From: an uncultured archaeon
Lineage (GTDB): Archaea > Thermoproteota > EX4484-205 > JAAOZP01
DNA length: 17,474 bases
Direction: 5' to 3'
Assembly (NCBI GenBank): GCA_938045545.1
Contig: CALIBN010000009.1
Location: forward strand, 1-17,474
In this document: positions 5,870-15,695 of the stretch, one piece after another
Layout: each line of letters opens with the position of its first letter
Position numbering within the stretch: position 1 is the first letter of the stretch
Notes under the pieces: generated by a model
Databases searched by the model: none
Seen by the model: the letters and a program-made list of their open reading frames with translations, nothing else
What the model was told of the DNA's origin: nothing
Program-made: the position numbers and the translations under genes

Positions 5870-8800
5870 ATGCCGTTGAAGATGAGTATCGAGGAATATA
5901 ACCGGTTTTTACAGGAAAAATTCTGGAAGGCTTATGAATACGCTATCCAAGCTAAGGAGAATGGGTATGATCCTGAGAAGAAGCCTGAGTCCATAATCTC
6001 GTTCTCCCAGGCTGAAACCATCGAGAAGATACTCGGTTTGAATGGGTTTAAAGAGAGGTTTGAAGAGCTTAAAGAAACTCTTCCACCAATCGAAATACCG
6101 TTCAAAATAGCTGAAGATATCATACTGGGAAGATTCGGGTCTTTTTCTGAAGAAAAAGCGGCTGAACTTGCTTTGAAGGCGGCGCTTGCTTCATTGACGC
6201 CTCCAGGGACTACAGCAGCTCCCATAGAGGGCATTGAGAAAGTTCTGATAAAGAAGAATGTTGACAATACCAGGTACCTGGCTGTTTATTTCTCTGGGCC
6301 GATGAGGTCTGCCGGAGGCACGGAGCAGGCTCTTTCCATAATTCTCGCAGACTTTATAAGGAGGGTGTTGAAACTTGATAGGTATAAACCTACTAAGGAT
6401 GAGGTTTCGCGTTATATTGAGGAATTGAGGCTTTATGAAAGGGGTAAAAACAGGTTTCAATATAAGGTTGCCAAGGATCAAATCGCCGAGGTTATAGAGA
6501 ATCTTCCCGTAGAGATTACTGGCCCACCGTCTGAAGAAACCGAGGTGGTCATTTACAGGGATCTTCCGAGAGTGGAGACAAACAGGCTTAGGGGCGGTGC
6601 TTTAAGGATTATAAACGATGGCATAATTGGTAGGGTTAAGAAGTTCGAAAGCATAATAAACAAGCTTAACATATCCGGATGGTCCTGGATATCCAGAATT
6701 GAGGTTGAAAGCACGAAGTCAGAATATCTCAAAGAGGTTTTAATCGGGAGACCCTTCTTCTCGTCTTCTGAATCTTTCGGAGGGTTTAGAATAAGATATG
6801 GAAGAGCTAGAAACACTGGGTTGATGGCGATGGGAATACATCCCGTGGCGATGGAGCTTCTCCAAGGCTTCCTGTCAATAGGCTCTCAGCTTAGAATAGA
6901 TCGGCCTGGGAAGTCAGCTATAGTGATGCCTGTAGATTCGATCATGCCTCCCATAGTTAAGACGCGTGACGGATCAGTGCATCTTGTTGAAAGCGAAGAC
7001 AAGCTTAAAAGGATTCAACACGATATTTCTAAAGTGCTTTTTCTTGGCGATATTCTCATATCTGTGGGTGACTATATTGAAGGAAACGTTTCTCTCGACA
7101 AGGTAGGGTATACTGAAGAACAATGGGCCGCAGAGCTCGAGGTTGCTCTTAAAGATAAGGAGGCTAAGATTAAGAGTCTTCCTTTGGAATCCGATTTTCT
7201 CTGTGAGATAGTTAAGAATCCGTTTCTAAATATTGATTTTGGAACAGCCTTGCAGATAAGCTTGGCCCTGGATATCCCTCTTCACCCTGCTTTTTACTTT
7301 TTCATAGATAACTTAAATGCTTCCGAGCTTCTCCACGTAATTGAATGCTTCAAGAAGGCTAAGGCTGAGGAGGCTCATGTTATTGTTCCGATAGAGGATG
7401 GTGCTTTGTTAGATGAGTTAGAGAAGATGTGCCTTCCTTTCCAAGTTGAAAACGGGTGTATTAGATTGTCTAAAATCCATGCTGAATTCCTAATATATCT
7501 TTCAAAGCACACTTTGCCTCCGGCAGGTTCTGAAGAAAACTCTATCGATTATCTCAACTCTGTTCTCCAGTTTAAGATCAAGCCCAAGAAAGGCGCCTTC
7601 ATATCCGCTAGACTTGGAAGACCTGAGGCGGCAAAACTCAGAGAAATGCATCCTCCTTCCCACGTATTGTTTCCAGTAGGTCTAGAGGGTGGCCCAAAAA
7701 GAAACATTGTTGCTGCAGCATCCCATGGAAGCATAGTTGTAAATGTTTGCAATAGGTATTGTGAAAAATGTAACCAACTCACCTTCTATTTACATTGCCC
7801 CCAGTGTAAGTCTGCTACCCTACCTGTATACTATTGCACCAAGTGTAATTCGTACTCTAGGTCTGAAGAATGTGAAAAATGCCATAGCAAATGCAATCCC
7901 TTTCGTGCAACAAATGTTCCGCTTCAAAGCATCTTAGAAAACGCTGAAAAAATGCTTGGAATTACAATAGGCTCCGAAGTCAAGGGAGTAAAAAGTCTAA
8001 TGAACAAGAATAGGGTTCCTGAGCCAATTGAAAAAGGGATTCTGAGAGCCAAGCATGGTTTGGCGATATACAAGGATGGAACGATCCGATTCGACGCTAC
8101 TAATGCTCCGTTAACAGCTTTCAAACCTGAGGAAATAGGGGTTTCTGTAGAAGTGCTGAAGAAACTAGGCTATGATAAGGATGTCGACGGTAATCCTCTT
8201 ACTGAAAGCAACCAGCTTCTATACCTTTATCCTCAGGATGTAATTCTTCCTAAGGAAATAGGTGATTCTCTAGTTAAAGTTGCGAGTTTTATTGACGAGG
8301 AGCTCAGGCTTTTCTACCATGTGGAACCATACTATAACATTAGGACAAGAGAGGATCTTTTGGGGCATCTTGTTCTAGGGATTTCTCCTCATACGCTTGG
8401 GGCTATCGTTGGTAGAATAATCGGTTTTACCGATTCACAAGTCGTCTTCGCACATCCCTTCTGGCATCAGGCTAAAAGAAGGGACTGCGATGGAGACGGG
8501 GACTCCATAATTCTTCTTTTAGACGCCCTCCTAAATTTCTCGAGGCATTATGTTCCTGATGCGGCGGGAGGATTAATGGATACTCCACTCATAATAATGC
8601 CTATTTTAAAACCTGATGAAATAGACGATCAGGTCTATAATATGGAAAATATGGCTAAATATGGTAAAGATATTTACTTTTTAGCTGAACAGGGCGTGAA
8701 GCCCAAGGAACTTTTAGACAAAATGCGACTGGTCAGTAAAGACGATCTTAAAATAACTTGGTCTCATAATACGAGCAATATCGTAAAAGGTGTTAAAAGA

Positions 8801-9229
8801 AATATCTATAGTACTTTAGGCTCCATGGAGAGAAAATTAAAACTACAGTTAGAAGTTACTTCTCTCCTAACAGGGATAGACAAAAAGGATTTTGCAGAAA
8901 ACCTTTTGAATTCCCATTTGTTAAAAGACATTTCTGGAAACATTAAGACGTTTCACATTCAGAAATTCCGATGCAAGAAGTGTGGCAAAAAATTCAGGAG
9001 GCTCCCGCTGGTTTCTAAATGTACCTCTTGCGGAGGGGAGCTTCTTCCGACGGTTTACATAAGCGGTGTTAAAAAGTACTTGGCTCTTGGGAAAAAAGTT
9101 TTAGCATCATATCCGTTGGACCCGTATTTTTCAAGCAGTCTCGAGTTACTGGAGAAGGAGCTTTCGCTCTTTCTTACGAAAGAAGACAATACATTTCTTA
9201 CTCAAAAGAAGTTGAAACATTACTTTTAA
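5870..9229 (+). CDS. polC: DNA polymerase D large subunit (DP2)
   Basis: AAPIEGI, YFSGPMRSAGGTEQAL, GGFRIRYGRARNTG, KDGTIRFDATNAPLT, catalytic AKRRDCDGDGD, GGLMDTPL and the C-terminal Zn finger FRCKKC...CTSCGG. No intein visible. Confidence 0.97.
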   Translation: MPLKMSIEEYNRFLQEKFWKAYEYAIQAKENGYDPEKKPESIISFSQAETIEKILGLNGFKERFEELKETLPPIEIPFKIAEDIILGRFGSFSEEKAAELALKAALASLTPPGTTAAPIEGIEKVLIKKNVDNTRYLAVYFSGPMRSAGGTEQALSIILADFIRRVLKLDRYKPTKDEVSRYIEELRLYERGKNRFQYKVAKDQIAEVIENLPVEITGPPSEETEVVIYRDLPRVETNRLRGGALRIINDGIIGRVKKFESIINKLNISGWSWISRIEVESTKSEYLKEVLIGRPFFSSSESFGGFRIRYGRARNTGLMAMGIHPVAMELLQGFLSIGSQLRIDRPGKSAIVMPVDSIMPPIVKTRDGSVHLVESEDKLKRIQHDISKVLFLGDILISVGDYIEGNVSLDKVGYTEEQWAAELEVALKDKEAKIKSLPLESDFLCEIVKNPFLNIDFGTALQISLALDIPLHPAFYFFIDNLNASELLHVIECFKKAKAEEAHVIVPIEDGALLDELEKMCLPFQVENGCIRLSKIHAEFLIYLSKHTLPPAGSEENSIDYLNSVLQFKIKPKKGAFISARLGRPEAAKLREMHPPSHVLFPVGLEGGPKRNIVAAASHGSIVVNVCNRYCEKCNQLTFYLHCPQCKSATLPVYYCTKCNSYSRSEECEKCHSKCNPFRATNVPLQSILENAEKMLGITIGSEVKGVKSLMNKNRVPEPIEKGILRAKHGLAIYKDGTIRFDATNAPLTAFKPEEIGVSVEVLKKLGYDKDVDGNPLTESNQLLYLYPQDVILPKEIGDSLVKVASFIDEELRLFYHVEPYYNIRTREDLLGHLVLGISPHTLGAIVGRIIGFTDSQVVFAHPFWHQAKRRDCDGDGDSIILLLDALLNFSRHYVPDAAGGLMDTPLIIMPILKPDEIDDQVYNMENMAKYGKDIYFLAEQGVKPKELLDKMRLVSKDDLKITWSHNTSNIVKGVKRNIYSTLGSMERKLKLQLEVTSLLTGIDKKDFAENLLNSHLLKDISGNIKTFHIQKFRCKKCGKKFRRLPLVSKCTSCGGELLPTVYISGVKKYLALGKKVLASYPLDPYFSSSLELLEKELSLFLTKEDNTFLTQKKLKHYF

Positions 9230-9759
9230 TAAGTATTGTCTTTAATAACCTTCTTCATTCCTATCAGCCTATATCCACATACAGGGCAAATAGTTCCAGT
9301 ATATCCGGAGTATTTTCTTTTACATGCGGGACAATACTTGACATACAGGTATGTTTTTCTTATTTTCTTCATCCCTATCGAAATATACTTCAGGTTTAGA
9401 ATCGCAGCCGTGTTCTGAATATCATAATCGTCGGTTATTATCTCAATATCATAATCCTCCTCGCTATGCAGCTCGTAGCCTAAAGCCAGAATCTTAATAT
9501 CTGGCTTTGAAAGCTTGTCGTACAACCCGTATTCCTTGGCGGTCCTCTCTACTTTCTCCATGCCTCCAGCAGAAGGCTCTCGGATTACCAGTTTTCCCAG
9601 CATCATCGCTGTCTTTATTCTTATCCATCTTTTGCCTATTTCCCCAATCTCGTCTAGAAGTTCTCTTATGGTGAATGATTCTCTTTTGAGGGAGTTTGGG
9701 TCTACTCCCTGTATTATGGCTGTAGAATCCAGAACATATCCTTCCTTAACCGTTTTCAA
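9226..9759 (-). CDS. nob1: Nob1 rRNA-processing endonuclease (PIN domain plus Zn ribbon)
   Basis: YVLDSTAII, LSKPDIKILAL, IITDDYDIQN, C-terminal CPAC...CPVCG. Confidence 0.9.
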   Translation of the reverse strand: MKTVKEGYVLDSTAIIQGVDPNSLKRESFTIRELLDEIGEIGKRWIRIKTAMMLGKLVIREPSAGGMEKVERTAKEYGLYDKLSKPDIKILALGYELHSEEDYDIEIITDDYDIQNTAAILNLKYISIGMKKIRKTYLYVKYCPACKRKYSGYTGTICPVCGYRLIGMKKVIKDNTY

Positions 9760-10552
9760 TCCCTCCTATCAGCCTGCCCATACGCTTAATGTTGAAAGAA
9801 CTGGAGAAACGTATAATGTTAACTGTATCTGTCGAACCCGTGATCTCTATGGTTTCCTTAGGATCCACCTTAAATGCCTCCTCCCCGTCTATTATCATCT
9901 GTATTTCTTCGCCACTTAAATATTTCACTTTTATAACCGCATCCTTATTAACTATTAGTGGTCTCAAGGGTTTTCGTGCGCACAATGGGGTGCATACTAG
10001 TATATTTACATTGGATAAAACAAACGGCCCTCCCGCGTTGAGGGAGTAGGCGGAGGATCCGAGTGGGGTTGAAATCAAAACCCCGTCTCCCTCTACTATG
10101 AAGCCTCCTTCCTCCAGCTCTACGGATAACGTTACTTGTTTTAAACCCATTATGTTCCTAATCACAACTTCATTCACCGCGGTAAGCACTTTGCCACCAT
10201 AGCCTATTCTCAGTTTGAAGCATTTCTCAACTAGAAACTCGTTGTTCTGATACTTTATTAGATAGGAAGGCAGCTTCTCAGGATCCATCTCCATTAAATA
10301 GCCTTTTTTGCCCATGTTAACCGGCAGGATTACGCCTCCGTTTTCAACCACCCGGCAGGTTCTAACAAGGGTTCCGTCTCCGCCTAAGCAGACGATTAGG
10401 TCAAAACCTCCTAGTCTCTTTCCCACGAGGCTTGACAAAGAGTATTCTTCAATAGACTCCGGCTTCAAAAGCTTCTTAACCATATCGATAACCCTCAGAG
10501 CCTCAGGCTCCCTAGTTTTATAGACTACCGCTATCTTCCTCGCCTCCACCAT
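9746..10552 (-). CDS. nadK: NAD(+) kinase
   Basis: LGGDGTL, VNMGKKGYL, AVNEVVI, GDGVLISTPLGSSAYSLNAGGP, IDG motifs. Confidence 0.93.
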   Translation of the reverse strand: MVEARKIAVVYKTREPEALRVIDMVKKLLKPESIEEYSLSSLVGKRLGGFDLIVCLGGDGTLVRTCRVVENGGVILPVNMGKKGYLMEMDPEKLPSYLIKYQNNEFLVEKCFKLRIGYGGKVLTAVNEVVIRNIMGLKQVTLSVELEEGGFIVEGDGVLISTPLGSSAYSLNAGGPFVLSNVNILVCTPLCARKPLRPLIVNKDAVIKVKYLSGEEIQMIIDGEEAFKVDPKETIEITGSTDTVNIIRFSSSFNIKRMGRLIGGIENG

Positions 10553-10565
10553 CTTGTTGCATAAG

Positions 10566-10576
10566 TTTTTTAAATA
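10566..10576. promoter_or_regulatory. TATA-like element in the divergent nadK / aIF5A spacer
   Basis: TTTTTTAAATA; TTTAAATA ends 24 nt before the aIF5A ATG. Confidence 0.5.
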
Positions 10577-10600
10577 CGCGGCTTATTAGTTTTCCCAAAA

Positions 10601-10993
10601 ATGGGTAAAGTAGTCGAGCTAGGAGAGTTGAAAGAGGGGTCTTGGCTCATGATCGACAATGAGCCGTGTCAAATAGTGGAGGTTTCGCACTCTAAGCCCG
10701 GCAAACATGGCAGTGCTAAGGCCCGGGTCGTAGGCATAGGCTTATTCGACGGGTCTAAACACACCCTTCTAAGCCCTGTTGACACTAAGGTGGAAGTCCC
10801 TATGATAGAGAAGAGAAACGCCCAGGTGCTTGCATTAATAGGCGACAACGCGCAAATAATGGATCTTGAAACATACGAGGTTTTCGAAATACCGTTGCCC
10901 CAAGAACAGAGTCTTAAAAACAGCATAGTTCAAGGAGTAACCGTGGAGTACTGGCGAGTTGGCGGGAGACAGAAAATAATGCGGGTCAAGTGA
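10601..10993 (+). CDS. eif5a: Translation factor aIF5A (eIF5A)
   Basis: Hypusine-site motif [12 protein letters not shown]; [12 protein letters not shown]. Confidence 0.97.
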   Translation: MGKVVELGELKEGSWLMIDNEPCQIVEVSHSKPGKHGSAKARVVGIGLFDGSKHTLLSPVDTKVEVPMIEKRNAQVLALIGDNAQIMDLETYEVFEIPLPQEQSLKNSIVQGVTVEYWRVGGRQKIMRVK

Positions 10994-11013
10994 TTTTTAA
11001 AGTTTCAACTGGT

Positions 11014-11343
11014 TCAGGCATACTTATCAATGATACTTTTAATCTTTTCAACTTTTTCAAGTGTTAAGAACTCCTTATCTCTCCCACCCGACAGGATTGC
11101 CATTATCTCGTGCCTACTCTTCGGCAGTATGTTGACGAGCATAACGGCCTCTTTTCTAGTAAGGCTCGCCTCCTTCATAAGTTCTTCCAATAGCTTTTTA
11201 GCCTTGTCCGCGGGAAGTTTAGACGCCTCTTTCAAGTAATCTAAGACCAGTCGCTGATATTGCTTCAAATCCTCCTGTGCGGAAAGGATTTCAAGCGCCT
11301 CAGGTATCGTTATATCTGTTTCAGATATCTTTTGAATACTCAT
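11014..11343 (-). CDS. rpo4: RNA polymerase subunit Rpo4 (RpoF)
   Basis: ITIPEALEIL...YQ...LDYL...SKL...AVMLVNILP pattern; conserved position after rpl21e. Confidence 0.9.
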   Translation of the reverse strand: MSIQKISETDITIPEALEILSAQEDLKQYQRLVLDYLKEASKLPADKAKKLLEELMKEASLTRKEAVMLVNILPKSRHEIMAILSGGRDKEFLTLEKVEKIKSIIDKYA

Positions 11344-11346
11344 TAT

Positions 11347-11634
11347 CTACAGCCTCTTCAAATGTTCCGGTCTTGCAATTAAAGTTTTTGTTTTATCTCC
11401 ATCTACTACTTGGATGACGTATGCTCTCCCCCTTTTGCCTATTACAGTCCCTATTTTACCGTAGAACCTCCTGTGAGGCATTCCCTTATGGACAGAGGGG
11501 TCGTATTTTAGTATTACCCTGTCGCCCGGCCTATAGCCTTGCAAAAGGTATGAGGGAGGTTTTATTCCCCTCTCTCTAACTTTTTTCCTAAGCAGGCTTC
11601 TCGTTTTTATCCTTCTCCCTGAGGTTTGAGGCAT
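11347..11634 (-). CDS. rpl21e: 50S ribosomal protein L21e
   Basis: KTRSLLRK, DPSVHKGMPHRRFYGKIG, RPEHLK. Confidence 0.97.
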   Translation of the reverse strand: MPQTSGRRIKTRSLLRKKVRERGIKPPSYLLQGYRPGDRVILKYDPSVHKGMPHRRFYGKIGTVIGKRGRAYVIQVVDGDKTKTLIARPEHLKRL

Positions 11635-11641
11635 TTTTTAC

Positions 11642-12931
11642 TTAACCACCTTCAATACCAGTCACTTCCATCTCCACTATTTTAATCTTAGTGTTAAGAA
11701 GCCCAGCTACGGAGGGGACTGTTCTCCCCTCATCCCCATGGAGAAGCTCTTTAACGTAAAGCCCTCCACTGCAAGTTATAGATGCCTCATAAAGGTTACC
11801 TTCAAGCCTTCTAAAAACAGCTTTATAAACGACTTTCTTCCTAACCTTATCCTTCCTCCTTTTCAATACTCTTAAGGGGGTTCTCTGGTTTACAACGGCT
11901 CCGGTGAGCCTTTCCGATAAGTCTCTTAACTCTTCTTCCGAAACTTCTCTTTCGGTTTCGAACACAACTCTGTAACTCTTCTTGTGAATTTCCGCCTCAA
12001 GCTTAAGCTTGGGGACTTCGGAATAAGTTGCATTCAGGAATTCAGTTATCTCAACCATGTTTCCAAATCTACTGTTAAATTCTGAACGCAGTTTTTCCAA
12101 ATCCAAGTTCCTAATCTTGGGCTCAAGTATTTCAACTATGAAGGGTCTTCCCTCCCCAAGCATCTTTACATCAACGTCCTCTCTCCCGGCACCGTGAAAT
12201 TTTAAACCTCTGCCATTGTAAGCTGGTAAAAGGATTTCTTCTAGCATTTTTTCAATGGAAGGAGTCGTATTCTTACCGTCGGTTCCTCGCCATTTCGTTT
12301 GAGCGATTCCCCCGACAAGCTTTTTGTAACTGGATTTAAGGAAAATCGAATTTATCTGCGTCGAAACCCGTTTTCTCACGGCATCGTATACGAAGAGAAC
12401 ATCCGGCCTCTTCATCTCCGGCTTTCTCTGCAACGTTTTTTCGATTTTTCTAATTATCTCTCTGTTGAGCTCGTTTTTCAAAGCCTCTCCAAACTTCAGC
12501 TTAAAGAAAGATTTCACCTTTTCATCTTTCTCCTCGATGGAGACCGGTAGCGTAAGCCCTGCGTAAAAAGTTTTGAATTCTATTTCCGACGATTTCTCAA
12601 TGATGCTGGCGGCAGCATTCTCTATTAAAGAATTGATTTCATTTTCGCAAATATAACAAGGCTTAGGAACCACATTCAGACCCAAGTTATTTTTTATAAA
12701 GCTTAACGAGGGTCCATGTCCGGATTCGGCCAAGGCTTTAACTATTTTCAAAACCTTTCTAGGTTTTTCCTCTCTAGTCAGCATTTCGTTCATGAAAAGA
12801 AAGTCTTTTAAAACCCTGCCCTTGGCCTCATTGTCGGGGGACGGTATAAGGTTTGAAAACTGTCTGCCAAGACATCTGTCGCAAAGCGGAATAGATACTA
12901 CAAGCTTTTTCAAATACTTCAATAAATCCAT
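11642..12931 (-). CDS. pus10: tRNA pseudouridine 54/55 synthase Pus10
   Basis: LCDRCLGRQF, CYIC, QTKW, FHGAGREDVDVKMLGEGRPF, QRTPLRV, GGLYVKEL..GDEGRT.PS. Confidence 0.96.
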   Translation of the reverse strand: MDLLKYLKKLVVSIPLCDRCLGRQFSNLIPSPDNEAKGRVLKDFLFMNEMLTREEKPRKVLKIVKALAESGHGPSLSFIKNNLGLNVVPKPCYICENEINSLIENAAASIIEKSSEIEFKTFYAGLTLPVSIEEKDEKVKSFFKLKFGEALKNELNREIIRKIEKTLQRKPEMKRPDVLFVYDAVRKRVSTQINSIFLKSSYKKLVGGIAQTKWRGTDGKNTTPSIEKMLEEILLPAYNGRGLKFHGAGREDVDVKMLGEGRPFIVEILEPKIRNLDLEKLRSEFNSRFGNMVEITEFLNATYSEVPKLKLEAEIHKKSYRVVFETEREVSEEELRDLSERLTGAVVNQRTPLRVLKRRKDKVRKKVVYKAVFRRLEGNLYEASITCSGGLYVKELLHGDEGRTVPSVAGLLNTKIKIVEMEVTGIEGG

Positions 12932-12933
12932 TT

Positions 12934-14250
12934 TTAAAACCTCAGATGAGGAAGCTTTCTTAAGGCTCCTTTCGACATTTTTCTAATGGCTTTTTTCGTG
13001 GCAGTATATTGTTTTATAAGTTCTCTGACGTCTTTCTCCGAAGTTCCCGACCCCCTTGCGATACGTTTAACTCTTGAAGAGTTTAACATAGTGACATCAT
13101 TTCTCTCCTCAATATTCATTGAGTTTACAATTGCCTTCCACCGTTTTAACTTCCCCATAAACTCTTCCAGCTCCTTCTTATCCAGCTTTCTTCCTCCGGG
13201 AAGATTCGATAATAGTGCTTGAAGATCGCCAATTTTCTTCACACTCTCAAGCTGCTGTATGAATTCTTCGATAGTGAACTTACCTTGAACTATCTTCTGC
13301 ATTCTAAGCCGCTCCTCCTTAGACATTTGTTGAACCCTGGCGACTATAGATTCTAAATCCGGTCTTCCAAGAAGTCGGGAAACAAATTTAACTGGGTCAA
13401 ACTCTTCAAACTCTTCAAGACCTTCACCAACTCCTACGAATACTATCGGTGCTCCAACAGAAGCGACTGCTGAAAGAGCCCCACCGCCCTTGGCTGAACC
13501 GTCTAGCTTAGTAACTATGACATACCCTACTTTCGCAACCTTGTTGAAGGCTTCTGCCTGAGCTCTTGCTTGCTGGCCTATCATAGCGTCTATGACAAGT
13601 ATCGCTGCAGTAGGATTGACCTCGTCTATTATCTGCTTCATTTCATTCATTAAGGACTCTTCCGATCTGTGTCTCCCAGCAGTATCTACGAGAACAACTT
13701 CAAGATCTAGTCCTTTAGCCCATTTTACACCGTTTTTTATGACTTCTACGGATGAATTTCCTAAAGGCTCTACGTAAAGCGGTATGCCAGTGCCCTCTAA
13801 AAGTTGTCTTAACTGGTCTGCAGCACCCGGTCTGAAAACATCTCCAGATATAACCCCAACTCTTCTATTTCTCTTCTTGAGAAAATAAGCAACCTTACCG
13901 ACACTCGTAGTCTTCCCTGAACCCTGTATTCCCATGAAGACGAAGATGTTAAGCTGATGGGGTAAGATGCGAAGCTCTTTCTTCTCGCCACCAAGTATCC
14001 GGATAAGCCCTTGGTAAGTTGCATATACAACCCTGTCTTTTAAGGATAATCCATGCTCTTCTCTCGGCTCTTTAAACTCTTTCTTAATCTCTTCAGTAAG
14101 TTGGCTTACAAGCTTGACGTCAACATCCCCCATTATCAATGCTCGTTGAATCTCCCGTAAATATTCTGCAACCTCTTTCTCACTTACATATGCCTGTCTA
14201 GTGATAAACTTGAGCGCATTCTGAAGCCTCTCTGAAAGGCTTTCAAGCAT
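12934..14250 (-). CDS. srp54: Signal recognition particle protein SRP54
   Basis: GIQGSGKTT, DVFRPGAADQL, DTAGRH, TKLDGSAKGGGALS, M-domain SRVKRIARGSG. Confidence 0.97.
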   Translation of the reverse strand: MLESLSERLQNALKFITRQAYVSEKEVAEYLREIQRALIMGDVDVKLVSQLTEEIKKEFKEPREEHGLSLKDRVVYATYQGLIRILGGEKKELRILPHQLNIFVFMGIQGSGKTTSVGKVAYFLKKRNRRVGVISGDVFRPGAADQLRQLLEGTGIPLYVEPLGNSSVEVIKNGVKWAKGLDLEVVLVDTAGRHRSEESLMNEMKQIIDEVNPTAAILVIDAMIGQQARAQAEAFNKVAKVGYVIVTKLDGSAKGGGALSAVASVGAPIVFVGVGEGLEEFEEFDPVKFVSRLLGRPDLESIVARVQQMSKEERLRMQKIVQGKFTIEEFIQQLESVKKIGDLQALLSNLPGGRKLDKKELEEFMGKLKRWKAIVNSMNIEERNDVTMLNSSRVKRIARGSGTSEKDVRELIKQYTATKKAIRKMSKGALRKLPHLRF

Positions 14251-14252
14251 TT

Positions 14253-15695
14253 TCAGTCGTCCTCCTCAATCAGCCTCTTAACCTCGTCCCTGAGAATAAT
14301 CGGGTCCGCTCTTCCATCAAGCTTCTTTTGAACCTCTCCACATATAAAATCAACTATCCGCTTATTCTTAGAAGCATTTTCTCTAAGACCCGGTTTTTCC
14401 TCTAAAACATTCAGAACCATTTGCCTTAGCATGCTTGGGTCCCTTATTATGCTAATGTTTTTCCGCTTAATATATTCTTCAACGTCTTCCCCTGTTAAAA
14501 CTATGTCCCAGAGAATACTTTTAGCCATACGCGGGGTCAAAGCACCCTCCTTAACCATGTTGACGAGCTTCGCCAGATTCTTAGGCTTAAACCTGCTTTT
14601 TCTGTAGTCCACGCCACACTCACGCCATCTTCTCACAACCTCGTTGGTAAGCCAGTGTGCAACCTCCTTAGGATCATTTGAAAACTGTAATGCTTCCTCA
14701 AAGAAATCTGCAACGGGCTTCTCCATCACTAGGGTTGAAGCCAATTTTTCAGGCAACCCATAGGTCCTGATGAATCTTTCTAGCCTCTCGTCAGGCAGTT
14801 CAGGCAAGCATCTTCTAATACTCTCAACAAGCTTCTCGTCAACCAGTATCGGCGGAATATCCGGCTCAGGGAAGTAACGGTAATCCTCCTCGGTCTCCTT
14901 CTCTCTAGATGCTGCTGTAACCCCCTCTTTTTCTCCCCACCTTTTCGTAACAGTACTCTCCAGCTTAGGAAGATACGTTAACCTGAGTTCTTCGAAGCGC
15001 AATGCCTGCTCCACTTCTCTAAAGGAATTAATGTTTTTAATCTCTACCCTCGCTCCTCCAGCGTAAGAAACGTTTGCATCACACCTCATGGATCCCTCAA
15101 AGGAGGGGTCTAGGACACCAAGATGCTCCAGAGTTGTCTGTACTTTCTCTAAAACTAAGCGTGCCTCTTTAGGTTGATGCATAACCGGCTCTGTGACAAT
15201 CTCTACGAGAGCTATCCCTGCCCTGTTATAGTCTATGTAGGTTTTTTTAATGCTTCCTTTTTCGACGTGAACCAGTCTACCAGGGTCTTCCTCAAGCTGT
15301 ATTCTTCTGAAAGGTATTTCTATCCTCTCCCCATCTATAGTTATCGCGACATGTCCTCCAACACCTATCGTCGCTCCCCCCGCCTTGTCGTACTGCGTTA
15401 TCTGATAATTCTTATTCATATCTGGGTAGAAATAATTCTTCCGGCTGAAAACGACATAGGGTTGTACTCTCGCCTTGAATGCAAGACAAACAGCTATAGC
15501 GCTTTCAATAGCCTTGCTGTTAACCCGTGGCAGCGTGCCGGGCAGCCCCAGACAGACTGGGCAAACGTTTTCATTCGGCTTCTTACCGCGATAGTCCGAG
15601 GGACAAGGACAGAAAAGCTTGGTTTTCAGATTTGTTAGTTGCACGTGGATTTCAAGCCCTATCTTAAGCTTGCCGGCTTCCTCTTGGCTTAGCAT
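14253..15695 (-). CDS. gatB: Asp-tRNA(Asn)/Glu-tRNA(Gln) amidotransferase subunit B
   Basis: IGLEIHVQL, TKLFC, CPVCLGLPGTLP, RKNYFYPD, LEEDPG, DYNRAG, EGSMRCDANVS, DYRYFPEPD. Length lacks the GatE insertion domain. Confidence 0.95.
   Translation of the reverse strand: MLSQEEAGKLKIGLEIHVQLTNLKTKLFCPCPSDYRGKKPNENVCPVCLGLPGTLPRVNSKAIESAIAVCLAFKARVQPYVVFSRKNYFYPDMNKNYQITQYDKAGGATIGVGGHVAITIDGERIEIPFRRIQLEEDPGRLVHVEKGSIKKTYIDYNRAGIALVEIVTEPVMHQPKEARLVLEKVQTTLEHLGVLDPSFEGSMRCDANVSYAGGARVEIKNINSFREVEQALRFEELRLTYLPKLESTVTKRWGEKEGVTAASREKETEEDYRYFPEPDIPPILVDEKLVESIRRCLPELPDERLERFIRTYGLPEKLASTLVMEKPVADFFEEALQFSNDPKEVAHWLTNEVVRRWRECGVDYRKSRFKPKNLAKLVNMVKEGALTPRMAKSILWDIVLTGEDVEEYIKRKNISIIRDPSMLRQMVLNVLEEKPGLRENASKNKRIVDFICGEVQKKLDGRADPIILRDEVKRLIEEDD

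Noticed and set aside
8460-8510. Possible intein at the DP2 catalytic motif
   Set aside because: HQAKRRDCDGDGD is contiguous and the protein length (1119 aa) is normal.
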